Source: a virus. Taken from it: DNA of 64,000 nucleotides. Positions 1-7,402 of the stretch are shown here, one piece after another. The notes beneath the pieces are model-generated. The model was not told where the DNA came from and made no database searches. It saw only the letters and a list, made by a program, of their open reading frames with translations. Location: the IMG/VR virus record IMGVR_UViG_3300020156_000022, positions 40,983 through 104,982 of that record; one strand, written 5' to 3'. A program made the translations under genes and the position numbers. Each line of letters begins with the position of its first letter. Within the stretch, counting starts at the first letter, position 1.

Positions 1-131
1 TTGAAAGATAACCGATGATCCTTCGACCCTGAAACTTGAAGTTGAACATGTGTTTGAGATCAAACTATGCCACTATGGGCAATTAATTTTGGAGTAATTA
101 TCTGATAATCGATCTCATTCGGCTCAACTTG

Positions 132-207
132 TACTCCGTACCGGATTTGAACCGGTGCTCTTCTGATTGAGAATCAGATGTCTTAGACCAGACTAGACGA
201 ACGGAGC
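132..207 (-). tRNA. tRNA-Glu(CTC)
   Basis: Cloverleaf GCTCCGT/ACGGAGT, anticodon loop TTCTCAA, T-loop TTCAAAT. Confidence 0.92.
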
Positions 208-239
208 ATGTCTGTAAGCACTAGCTGCTTACAGGTATT

Positions 240-268
240 ACCTTACACTACCTTCAGGCTGTTGTCAA
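240..268 (-). promoter_or_regulatory. SigA/HrdB-type promoter
   Basis: TTGACA-17nt-TAAGGT upstream of tRNA-Glu. Confidence 0.75.
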
Positions 269-701
269 CCGCATCATAAAAAGATCGACTATCTCCGTAC
301 AGATATGCATCAACAATTCGAGGCACAGTAAAAAAAGTATTGGCAGGAAGGGCATTCATATTAAACCAACGCCATTCTTCACACTTATCAGGTTCCATTA
401 CCTTAGGGTTGCCTGAAAGCCATATGCATACCATGCCAATATCAACATAATGCTTAGGCATGTATTCAGTCAGATTAATAGTGGAAATAGGGATAGGCCG
501 AGTAGTCTTTACCTGAGAGCCAATTTCTTCTGCCATCTCACGGTAAGCTGTATCAGCAAACGACTCACCATACTCAAGTGTTCCTCCTGGAAGACCCCAT
601 TGCCCTGCACCATGAGAACCCTTACGCTTACCTAGCAGGATAAGCTCCGGCATTCTTACTACAAGAACACCAATACCTACCTTGGTAATATTAGACATCA
701 A
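243..701 (-). CDS. Nudix hydrolase (MutT/NUDT15-like)
   Basis: Nudix box GGTLEYGESFADTAYREMAEEIG; EPDKCEEWRWF. Confidence 0.9.
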   Translation of the reverse strand: MMSNITKVGIGVLVVRMPELILLGKRKGSHGAGQWGLPGGTLEYGESFADTAYREMAEEIGSQVKTTRPIPISTINLTEYMPKHYVDIGMVCIWLSGNPKVMEPDKCEEWRWFNMNALPANTFFTVPRIVDAYLYGDSRSFYDAVDNSLKVV

Positions 702-861
702 ACTCTCCGGCCTTTACACCTTTAATAAATTCACGCCATTCGCGTTTATCAAAGCATACATAGTCTCCGTCAGAATCTCTGACAAAAACAACATCAGCTT
801 CTATCAGAACTTCTACACAGCAATCATTACCACAAAAAGAGGATTTCTTATGCTCAGGCAT
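691..861 (-). CDS. DUF397 (BldB-like) small protein, 56 aa
   Basis: Manual translation MPEHKKSSFCGNDCCVEV...VFVRDSDG...FDKREWREFIKGVKAGEFDV fits the DUF397 pattern KSS..CVEV..VRDS..W..F..VK.GEFD. Confidence 0.85.
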   Translation of the reverse strand: MPEHKKSSFCGNDCCVEVLIEADVVFVRDSDGDYVCFDKREWREFIKGVKAGEFDV

Positions 862-992
862 TATTTTTCTTTTCGAAAGATATTCTTAGGGCGATCTTGC
901 CCTTTCTTAGTGCCACAATTCCAGCACTTTTTCTCTTCTTCTCGTACCTCAGTATGGCAATATTTACATCGCCAGTGATTAAACGTATTCAC
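861..992 (-). CDS. Zinc-ribbon microprotein (RanBP2-like), 43 aa
   Basis: Manual translation MNTFNHWRCKYCHTEVREEEKKCWNCGTKK...; overlaps neighbouring start/stop codons. Confidence 0.7.
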   Translation of the reverse strand: MNTFNHWRCKYCHTEVREEEKKCWNCGTKKGQDRPKNIFRKEK

Positions 993-1189
993 GTACCATC
1001 AGCTCCACAAAGGTTACAAGTTAATTGGGTACCGTTAGAATTCCAGGTATTCAGTTTATGCTCGCACATTACAGTCCAATAAGCACAAGCATCACATTCT
1101 TCAACCTGGATTGAACCCAGCCAGTTCTCCATATAAAAAACGGAGGCTGAAAAACCTCCGTGCTCATCATGTTCCTTCAGATAGGACAT
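989..1189 (-). CDS. Small Cys-rich hypothetical protein
   Basis: CDAC, CEH and CNLC motifs; tightly packed in operon. Confidence 0.7.
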   Translation of the reverse strand: MSYLKEHDEHGGFSASVFYMENWLGSIQVEECDACAYWTVMCEHKLNTWNSNGTQLTCNLCGADGT

Positions 1190-1504
1190 TTACTTAATAC
1201 CTAGTTCCTTCAGAATAAGGTCATGCTCTACTGCATGGAATACATGCTCAGGAATCTTAACTCGATAGACCATCTTTTCGAATTCGTAGCTAATACTCAT
1301 CTCTAATTCTTGATGCATACCATCGCTATCGAGAAAAGCATTAGCTGCTTGGAGACGCTTAGTAATTTCGGGCAAAGCTTCAGAACGAACTTTTACCCAT
1401 CGACCCTTATAAGTTCTGTCAAAAATGCCGAAGCCATTAGTGAATAACCCTATAACTAGGATAATTCCTAAGACTACTATTAGGGTTTCTAACCAATCAG
1501 ACAT
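1190..1504 (-). CDS. Hypothetical membrane-anchored protein (start MSDWLETL)
   Basis: N-terminal hydrophobic helix; ATG directly after tRNA-Leu 3' end; the longer ORF-track start lies inside the tRNA. Confidence 0.75.
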   Translation of the reverse strand: MSDWLETLIVVLGIILVIGLFTNGFGIFDRTYKGRWVKVRSEALPEITKRLQAANAFLDSDGMHQELEMSISYEFEKMVYRVKIPEHVFHAVEHDLILKELGIK

Positions 1505-1505
1505 G

Positions 1506-1587
1506 TACTCACGGTGGGATTCGAACCCACAATCCTTTCGGCGCAGCATTTTAAGTGCTGAGTGTATACCAGTTCCACCACGCGAGC
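1506..1587 (-). tRNA. tRNA-Leu(TAA), bldA-type anticodon
   Basis: Cloverleaf with long variable arm, loop CTTAAAA, T-loop TTCGAAT. Confidence 0.93.
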
Positions 1588-1589
1588 AT

Positions 1590-1687
1590 TGGTTTTGTAA
1601 TCAGGAATAGTATCAGCATACGTTCTGACGTTTACCTGAACCAGACCTATCAACAAAGGCCCGTTCTAACATTAAACTATTACAAAA
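1590..1687 (-). ncRNA. tRNA-like RNA with encoded CCA and ~30 nt insertion in place of the T-loop
   Basis: Acceptor TTTGTAA/TTACAAA-A-CCA, D arm, anticodon-like stem GGCCT/AGGTC, T stem TCAGG/CCTGA enclosing an extra hairpin. Confidence 0.6.
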
Positions 1688-1688
1688 G

Positions 1689-1764
1689 TAGCGTCGGAGA
1701 GATTCGAACTCATCACTGTCAGGTTCCTAAGACCTGTGCCTCCTACCAATTGGGCTACGACGCC
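1689..1764 (-). tRNA. tRNA-Leu(TAG), short variable loop
   Basis: GGCGTCG/CGACGCT, loop CTTAGGA, T-loop TTCGAAT. Confidence 0.88.
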
Positions 1765-1769
1765 ATTGT

Positions 1770-2336
1770 TCATTTATATAGATTACGCATCTCGGCAACT
1801 TGTGCTGAGGTCTTCGCAACTGCTGCACTTAAGTCTGCCATACTAGAAGCTAGCTTGTCAACACTTGTCTGCAACTTAGCTAAGGCAACTTTAGTGTCAT
1901 CCACATAAGGCCATGGCTGCTGCACACCTAGTCTAGCATCTGGAAGGTACTGCTCGTAAGGTGCTGGTTTATCTGGTGCAGGCTTTTCAAAGACCATCCA
2001 AGACTTAAATGTTCTTCCTGCACCCTTAAAGATATCATAAGCTATCTTAACATTAACTTCAGGATCACGCCATCTACCACCGTTAGCCTGAATCTTAGGA
2101 TACTGCCAACGACCTGACAACTGAAAGATACCGTGATCTCTGTTTCCTACAGAACCAGGATCACTAGTTAACGGTGCAGTAGTACGAGAAATAGATTCAG
2201 TATCCGCAGATGACTCAGCTAACGCCACAGCAACGGCTACTACTGCCTCAGAATCATTAGTTCCGGGAACAATAGTAGTTTTACTAAAGCCTGCTTTAAT
2301 GCATAGATCCGCAACTTCATGTGGTGATAGCTTCAT
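1770..2336 (-). CDS. Lysozyme-like/lytic transglycosylase domain protein with C-terminal coiled coil
   Basis: AVAVALAESS...DHGIFQL...DPEVNVKIAY motif of SLT/lysozyme-like fold. Confidence 0.75.
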   Translation of the reverse strand: MKLSPHEVADLCIKAGFSKTTIVPGTNDSEAVVAVAVALAESSADTESISRTTAPLTSDPGSVGNRDHGIFQLSGRWQYPKIQANGGRWRDPEVNVKIAYDIFKGAGRTFKSWMVFEKPAPDKPAPYEQYLPDARLGVQQPWPYVDDTKVALAKLQTSVDKLASSMADLSAAVAKTSAQVAEMRNLYK

Positions 2337-2344
2337 GTCAAGTC

Positions 2345-2500
2345 CTAATTCTTATCAGCATTCTTTAGTTGCTCAGAATACATCTCTCTACGACGGATAG
2401 CTTCTTTACTAAACATCGGCGGCTCAACCTTTGTAGCTTTACGTCTAATGTCTGCCATTTCTTTATCTGAAATGGTATTAGGAATTTTATTCTTTTTCAA
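2345..2500 (-). CDS. Small basic hypothetical protein, 51 aa
   Basis: Manual translation MKKNKIPNTISDKEMADIRRK...; TTG start overlapping upstream stop. Confidence 0.5.
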   Translation of the reverse strand: MKKNKIPNTISDKEMADIRRKATKVEPPMFSKEAIRRREMYSEQLKNADKN

Positions 2501-2625
2501 GACGATTTCCTTTTGTCAGATTTATTGGATCTTTTGACAGGATTTCTTCTTGCTTTATCTCCGTTAGCATCTACTCGAATAATCTTAATCTTACCGTCTG
2601 ATTGCTTTTCGGGGTACTGTGCCAA
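2497..2625 (-). CDS. Small basic hypothetical protein, 42 aa
   Basis: Manual translation MAQYPEKQSDGKIKIIRVD...; GAGGTG SD upstream. Confidence 0.5.
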   Translation of the reverse strand: MAQYPEKQSDGKIKIIRVDANGDKARRNPVKRSNKSDKRKSS

Positions 2626-2712
2626 GATAAAAACACCTCATAAATTAGCTTTTCTTGCACTTAGGGCAATATTTTTCCATGATTCTACTATACCATAAGT
2701 TTGGAGACCTTG

Positions 2713-2786
2713 CACGGATGGAAGGACTCGAACCCTCGACAACGCAGGTTTGGAAGCTGCTGCTCTAGCCGCTGAGCTACACCCGT
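2713..2786 (-). tRNA. tRNA-Trp(CCA)
   Basis: Cloverleaf, loop TTCCAAA, G73. Confidence 0.9.
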
Positions 2787-2926
2787 ATAAAATTTTAATT
2801 CAGAAGAAAGGTCCGTGTACCGACCTTAACGCCACCCATTGCTACACTTGGTGACTACTTCCTAAGTAGAGAGAAGACCAACTCTTCTATGCGCATCGCA
2901 GGACTCGACCTGCACTCTCTAATTTG

Positions 2927-3002
2927 TAGCGGAAGCCGGATTTGAACCGACGATCTCAACCTCATGAGGGTTGCGAGGACGACCGAACTCCTCTACTCCG
3001 CA
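2927..3002 (-). tRNA. tRNA-Met(CAT), initiator-like
   Basis: Unpaired first acceptor position, D arm GAGGAGTTCGGTCGTCCTC, loop CTCATGA. Confidence 0.85.
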
Positions 3003-3004
3003 AG

Positions 3005-3076
3005 TGCCGAGTACTAGAATTGAACTAGTGTTTCAGGGTTATGAATCCTGTGTTCTAACCATTGAACTAACCCGGC
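3005..3076 (-). tRNA. tRNA-Met/Ile2(CAT)
   Basis: GCCGGGT/ACTCGGC, loop TTCATAA. Confidence 0.85.
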
Positions 3077-3088
3077 TTGTTACCTACT

Positions 3089-3117
3089 ACCTTACCATGT
3101 TGCTCAGCCCTTGTCAA
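3089..3117 (-). promoter_or_regulatory. SigA/HrdB-type promoter
   Basis: TTGACA-17nt-TAAGGT upstream of tRNA pair. Confidence 0.75.
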
Positions 3118-3206
3118 CAGGTTTCTTGTTTGATTTAGTTAGATAATTGATAATGTATACTTTGCTGTCCGTAACAGGTTTACGTAGAATTCTGCCTTTA
3201 AGTTGC

Positions 3207-3362
3207 TCAGTATTCATAGCACTTATCTTTTTTCCTGTTTCGACGATATTTCCTGCGATTTTCATGCTTTGATGCTGCACTAGAACGACGAAGCTCAAGG
3301 AGCTGACGCTGTTCCTCAGCAGTGTATTTACGCTTGTAGTTCATCATCAGCTCCTTTCTCAT
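3207..3362 (-). CDS. Small Arg/Lys-rich protein, 51 aa
   Basis: Manual translation ...MNYKRKYTAEEQRQLLELRRSSAASKHENRRKYRRNRKKDKCYEY; promoter TTGACA-17-TAGTGT at 3370-3398. Confidence 0.7.
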   Translation of the reverse strand: MRKELMMNYKRKYTAEEQRQLLELRRSSAASKHENRRKYRRNRKKDKCYEY

Positions 3363-3372
3363 GCTGTCTACA

Positions 3373-3597
3373 CTAGCGGATCAGGTTCTGGCTGTCAACC
3401 CACTGTACAACGGTTTTTCCTTGGTGTCCATGGATATCAATAACGTCTTGAATATTCTTATAGAAGCATAAAGATGTTTTAGAGCCTATCCAACGCATAG
3501 CACAACTGCCATCACTAAACTGTACACCTTCAGTAACAATACCTGTTCCTGAAATTCCAGTTTCATCTTCTATTCGATTAAGGTAGAATCGTCGCAA
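3373..3597 (-). CDS. Hypothetical phage protein
   Basis: ORF with SD; EDETGISGTGIVTEGVQFSDG pattern typical of small phage proteins. Confidence 0.7.
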   Translation of the reverse strand: MRRFYLNRIEDETGISGTGIVTEGVQFSDGSCAMRWIGSKTSLCFYKNIQDVIDIHGHQGKTVVQWVDSQNLIR

Positions 3598-3708
3598 GAT
3601 TTGTCTTCTCTCCTCAAAGAATATTTTCTAAAGATTTCATCTAATTCACCAAGAAGATCATTTACACGTTCTTGGTCTTTAGAGTCTAATTCTTCCCAAT
3701 CTAGATAA

Positions 3709-4044
3709 TCATTGTTCGTCATCGCTAGACCTCATAACTACTATCATCCATTCACCTGGACCTATTTTAAGATCTGAAGCTTCTCTTTCAGATAAATAAC
3801 GACCTTGGTATGAATAGTTAGTAGCTTCAGCCATACGCATAACCATTTCAGCGTTGCTTGCTGAAATTATAGAATGTACTTCTAATACACCGTCAGTTAG
3901 GCACGCCCAAATTTCCCCGCACTCAAAACCACGTTGAAATTCATTATCAACAGTATCAAATTCTAAAAGAAAATCTGAGGAATCGGCATCTGCGCGGATT
4001 CCTCTTCTCTCAGAATTACTTTCTGATCTCATGGTGCCTAACAC
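3709..4044 (-). CDS. Hypothetical protein
   Basis: ORF in operon context. Confidence 0.65.
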   Translation of the reverse strand: MLGTMRSESNSERRGIRADADSSDFLLEFDTVDNEFQRGFECGEIWACLTDGVLEVHSIISASNAEMVMRMAEATNYSYQGRYLSEREASDLKIGPGEWMIVVMRSSDDEQ

Positions 4045-4049
4045 CTTTC

Positions 4050-4994
4050 TTATGCATGAATCTCCTGGTTACATGTCGGACACCTACCAGCTTTGGTCAA
4101 TGTGTCATGTAGTTCATTCTCGGCTAGCAGTATACCAGATCGAACGGATTCAATGCTAGTGTCTTGCTCAACTATCGTTCGCTGAGCCTGAGCAAGTCGT
4201 TTCAAAATATTTTTAAACTTATTAAATTTAATGTAAGCTTTTTCCAGCTCTGCTATGTCAGGGAGGGCTGGAATATTTCTTACTGCCTCAAGGGCCTCTG
4301 ATGCCTTCTTAGCCTTACCTATGAGGTTAGCAAGAAGGTCCATACGCGCCTGGGTAGTTGTTGCTTGGGCAAGTAAAGCTTCTACTTGAGTTATTGATTT
4401 AGCTTGTTGCATAACATTAGCATAATCACCAAGTTGAAGTAAAAGCTTATCTTGATCCTTTTTACGGATATTGACCAAGCCTGATGCATTCTTCGCTCGC
4501 CTACTAGCTTCTTTAACTGCATTGAAAATAGTAGACACATTAGTTAGTTCACCAAGTACACGAGCAACAGAACTAGAACCTTCTTTAAGCAAATAAGGAG
4601 CATCGAATTGCCCGGCAAAATTAATTGATGCTACTTCTTGCGTGCCTGGCGAGATACCCAAAGCTTCTGTAACTTCGGAAGGTACTTGACGATTAAGCTT
4701 AGTAAAGCGGGATTCTTCGCTACCAGACTTAGCAACTTTGTAAACACTACTACCACCTATTTCTCTCTCTATAGTTACTGATGTTTCACTAGTTTTAACA
4801 GTAATCGCTGATACTTTAGTTCCTCTAGTAATGTAATCGGAGTCTAGGCTATTCATAGCAATAGCTTTCATAGCTCTAGTAAGTGCCGATTTTCCACTAG
4901 AAGACGCACCTACGATTACTGTCAGCTTTCCAAATTCCAATTCTACATCACGTAGACTTTGGAAGTTTTTAATTCTGATGGACTCGATCAACAA
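4050..4994 (-). CDS. SbcC/Rad50-like ATPase, N-terminal half ending in zinc hook
   Basis: IKNFQS, Walker A GASSSGKS, Q-loop FAGQFD, coiled coil, terminal CPTC. Confidence 0.85.
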   Translation of the reverse strand: MLIESIRIKNFQSLRDVELEFGKLTVIVGASSSGKSALTRAMKAIAMNSLDSDYITRGTKVSAITVKTSETSVTIEREIGGSSVYKVAKSGSEESRFTKLNRQVPSEVTEALGISPGTQEVASINFAGQFDAPYLLKEGSSSVARVLGELTNVSTIFNAVKEASRRAKNASGLVNIRKKDQDKLLLQLGDYANVMQQAKSITQVEALLAQATTTQARMDLLANLIGKAKKASEALEAVRNIPALPDIAELEKAYIKFNKFKNILKRLAQAQRTIVEQDTSIESVRSGILLAENELHDTLTKAGRCPTCNQEIHA

Positions 4995-5182
4995 TAATCC
5001 TTAACATCAGAAGGATCAACGAAAATTACCTCAGCCTCAGGATCTTCGTCCCTTACCTTAGCTAGTTTAACAGGGTAATCAATAGTCTTCAACCACTTAC
5101 CCAATCTGTGCTGCACAGTAAAACCTGCTATGATATTATCCGAAGTGTCTAGCACTATCCATAATGATGTGGCTCTAGCCAT
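4988..5182 (-). CDS. Hypothetical protein
   Basis: ORF with GGGAGA SD. Confidence 0.65.
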   Translation of the reverse strand: MARATSLWIVLDTSDNIIAGFTVQHRLGKWLKTIDYPVKLAKVRDEDPEAEVIFVDPSDVKDYC

Positions 5183-5205
5183 GTTGTTCTCCCATATAAG
5201 TATTA

Positions 5206-5379
5206 TTACCTATCTGCCGGATTGAGCCCATCTATTAGTGTACAGGTTGGCTTGCAATACTCCTTTTCTCCAACTTTGCACACAGGACACTTACCTTTAT
5301 TCGGCCTTAGCTTATACCCATTGATTTCTTTTAATGGCTTTCTAAATGGATTCTTTATTAGCGTCTTTCTATTTTGCAA
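5206..5379 (-). CDS. Cys-rich microprotein, ~57 aa (start uncertain)
   Basis: Manual translation ...KGKCPVCKVGEKEYCKPTCTLIDGLNPADR. Confidence 0.5.
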   Translation of the reverse strand: MQNRKTLIKNPFRKPLKEINGYKLRPNKGKCPVCKVGEKEYCKPTCTLIDGLNPADR

Positions 5380-5453
5380 TCAGGGCAAACATACATGTCA
5401 CTAGAATTTCCACTTTTGTGCTTGGCGCAAGCTACTAATATTTTTACAGTCAA
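5358..5453 (-). CDS. Zinc-ribbon microprotein, 31 aa
   Basis: MTVKILVACAKHKSGNSSDMYVCPDCKIERR; GGGGAG SD. Confidence 0.55.
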   Translation of the reverse strand: MTVKILVACAKHKSGNSSDMYVCPDCKIERR

Positions 5454-5472
5454 GACATCTCCCTAAACAAAC

Positions 5473-5500
5473 ATAGCCACCTGAATATTCAGGTGGCTAT
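5473..5500. terminator. Palindromic terminator-like hairpin
   Basis: ATAGCCACCTGAATATTCAGGTGGCTAT perfect inverted repeat followed by GTTTGTTT on minus strand. Confidence 0.7.
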
Positions 5501-5566
5501 TCTCAAAGTTCTGCTTTCCACGTCCTACGTCTGGCAATTTGCTTATCTTTAGGCATTTCAGTCTCC

Positions 5567-5662
5567 CTAGATAGGTCTGCCACAAGCTAGACAAATAAGG
5601 TTTCCTCGCTTATCCATCATAACTGTCCTACCGTGGTCTTTGCAAGCATCATGCTTACCCAT
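5567..5662 (-). CDS. Zinc-ribbon microprotein, 31 aa
   Basis: MGKHDACKDHGRTVMMDKRGNLICLACGRPI; GAGG SD. Confidence 0.6.
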   Translation of the reverse strand: MGKHDACKDHGRTVMMDKRGNLICLACGRPI

Positions 5663-5664
5663 GC

Positions 5665-5844
5665 CTAGACCTCGATAAACCCTGTACCTTTACAGCCTTT
5701 ACAAGAACCTTTAGCTGTTTGCCCGTTATTACAGCCCGCACAACGCAACTTATTGCCTTTTTGCATTCGCTTCTTTAAAGGATACCTGTTATCTCGCGGT
5801 GCGACCTCGTGTGGGGGTGTATTACCCTCTTTATAGCGAGCCAT
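5665..5844 (-). CDS. DnaJ-type zinc-finger microprotein, 59 aa
   Basis: ...RCAGCNNGQTAKGSCKGCKGTGFIEV; TAATG coupling with upstream ORF. Confidence 0.65.
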   Translation of the reverse strand: MARYKEGNTPPHEVAPRDNRYPLKKRMQKGNKLRCAGCNNGQTAKGSCKGCKGTGFIEV

Positions 5845-6023
5845 TAGGATTTATCTCCCTTATGGGAACCCTTATCACGGGAATGGTCTGGCTTACTGCC
5901 ACCACCAGTAGTTCCTCTACGACTAGTGTTAGTTCCTTTAGTCCAACGCCTTTCCACTTTCTGGGCATATTCCTCAAGCTGATCGGCAGACAGGTTCTTC
6001 TTATCGTCATCCTTTTTAGTCAT
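5844..6023 (-). CDS. Small hydrophilic protein, 59 aa
   Basis: MTKKDDDKKNLSADQLEEYAQKVERRW...; ATG directly after tRNA-Arg 3' end. Confidence 0.6.
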   Translation of the reverse strand: MTKKDDDKKNLSADQLEEYAQKVERRWTKGTNTSRRGTTGGGSKPDHSRDKGSHKGDKS

Positions 6024-6024
6024 G

Positions 6025-6097
6025 CACCCCTGACAGGATTCGAACCTGCGATTTACAGTTTAGAAGACTGTTGAGTTATCCGCTACTCTACAGGGGC
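6025..6097 (-). tRNA. tRNA-Arg(TCT)
   Basis: GCCCCTG/CAGGGGT, loop CTTCTAA. Confidence 0.9.
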
Positions 6098-6145
6098 ATT
6101 AAATTAGTTTTGAGTTTAAAGCGACCAAAACTATAAACAAACTTC

Positions 6146-6215
6146 GTGCATCGAGCGGGTTCGAACCGTATCTCTGGGTATGACCCCAGCGCATTTCCCT
6201 AATGCTACTCGATAC
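6146..6215 (-). pseudogene. Degenerate tRNA-like gene (CAT anticodon)
   Basis: Acceptor and D arm present, irregular anticodon loop, T stem of only 3 bp. Confidence 0.55.
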
Positions 6216-6364
6216 TAACATGGTGCCAGCCATGCTTTTACCATTACGAAAGACCCGGCTGCTACCGCATACCACACTTAATGCTGGCACACTAAGCTGA
6301 TCACGTTCGTACTCTCGGATTCCGTTTCTTAGCGTACGAAAGTCACCCGAGTATAACCAAACTG

Positions 6365-6436
6365 TACGCCGAGAGAATTACGATATCTCGTCCCGCGAGT
6401 TAAAAGCTCGCTGCTCTGCCTCTGAGCTACCGGCGC
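6365..6436 (-). tRNA. tRNA-Lys(TTT), atypical T-loop
   Basis: Loop CTTTTAA; T arm GAGAT-ATCGTAA-TTCTC. Confidence 0.85.
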
Positions 6437-6481
6437 TAGTCTTACAGAATACTACCAAGAACGTCTACATTTTGCTGAAAG

Positions 6482-6554
6482 TACGCCATAAGGGACTCGA
6501 ACCCTTGACCCACCGATTAAGAGTCGGTTGTCTCTGCCGCTGAGCTAATGGCGC
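6482..6554 (-). tRNA. tRNA-Lys(CTT)
   Basis: GCGCCAT/ATGGCGT, loop CTCTTAA. Confidence 0.92.
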
Positions 6555-6654
6555 TTGGTGAGATATTTGTTAGCCTCTCACTGGCATCAGCCTCACCCAT
6601 TTTACATCACGGAGGACATGATGTCTAGCTACTAGAAAGTTGACATGACATACC

Positions 6655-6710
6655 TGCACCAGCTAGGAATCGAACCCAGTATGCCACTGAACAGGTTTGC
6701 AACCCTGTTT
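6655..6710 (-). pseudogene. 5'-truncated tRNA remnant (anticodon and T arms only)
   Basis: ACAGG-GTTGCAAA-CCTGT and CTGGG-TTCGATT-CCTAG; no D arm or 5' acceptor strand. Confidence 0.55.
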
Positions 6711-6712
6711 TG

Positions 6713-6784
6713 TAGGGGCAGGGAATTTCGAAATCCCGACCTGCGGTATGTAACACCGCTGCTCTGCCTCTGAGCTACGCCCCC
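6713..6784 (-). tRNA. tRNA-Val(TAC)
   Basis: GGGGGCG/TGCCCCT, loop GTTACAT. Confidence 0.88.
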
Positions 6785-6945
6785 AAGCTACGTTTGAATT
6801 TATACCATCCAAACTGTTTTGCCGTTCTTCTTTTATGGCAGTTAGCACATCGTACCACACACTTCTCAATTTCTGCAAGTACTCGATCCCATTTAATTCC
6901 GTTTCTTACAGATTTACCTATATCAAAACTTTTTTCTTCTGGAAT
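6775..6945 (-). pseudogene. C-terminal remnant of an HNH endonuclease
   Basis: Frame reads PEEKSFDIGK...WDRVLAEIEKCVVRCANCHKRRTAKQFGW; N-terminal half and start codon missing. Confidence 0.7.
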
Positions 6946-7132
6946 TAGAAGGCTAGAACCGACTAAGGAAACTAGCCTTGATTGGCTTGCTGATAAAGCT
7001 TTACTAGCTGAACCTTCATTATGGGGTACTTTATCTGACAGTTTAGGGTATTGTATGAACTACCAGTTAACACAAACTAAGTCTAATGGTACATCCTTAG
7101 ATTTTATGTGTGCTTGAACCTGGCAGGATCTA

Positions 7133-7162
7133 ACTATAACTTAGGACTGCTTCCCCTGTCAA
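7133..7162 (-). promoter_or_regulatory. SigA/HrdB-type promoter
   Basis: TTGACA-18nt-TATAGT. Confidence 0.7.
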
Positions 7163-7330
7163 GCCAGGCTCGGCTGCCACTATTACTGCATATCGTTAAG
7201 CCTGTGCTAGGTCATTCGCCTACTTGCAGCATTGAGCTTATAGTTATCATACGTGCTTTGTCAACAGCCTTACTGTATACGCGCGCCGTTCGACGTAGTT
7301 TATTACATTGTGGAATGTGATATACTTGCG

Positions 7331-7402
7331 TGGAGAAATAGGGAGTTGAACCCTATCTTGAACTTTGCAAAAGTCCCGTGCAACCCTTAACACTTTATCC
7401 CC
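7331..7402 (-). tRNA. tRNA-Ala(TGC)
   Basis: G3:U70 pair, loop TTTGCAA, A73. Confidence 0.85.

Noticed and set aside
2890-2920. T-arm plus acceptor-strand fragment
   Set aside because: Too short and T-loop defective; treated as a tRNA remnant and not called
5490-6023. Apparent long non-coding gap, considered as a GOLLD/ROOL-type giant RNA
   Set aside because: It is tiled by coupled micro-ORFs with SDs and zinc-finger motifs
6099-6878. Minus-strand ORFs 6099-6290 and 6663-6878 (also 9811-9996 and 23499-23732)
   Set aside because: They run through tRNA or tRNA-like sequences and lack protein features
6949-7130. tmRNA or group I intron splitting the HNH gene
   Set aside because: No tmRNA acceptor/T arm or tag peptide, no upstream HNH exon and no recognisable intron core
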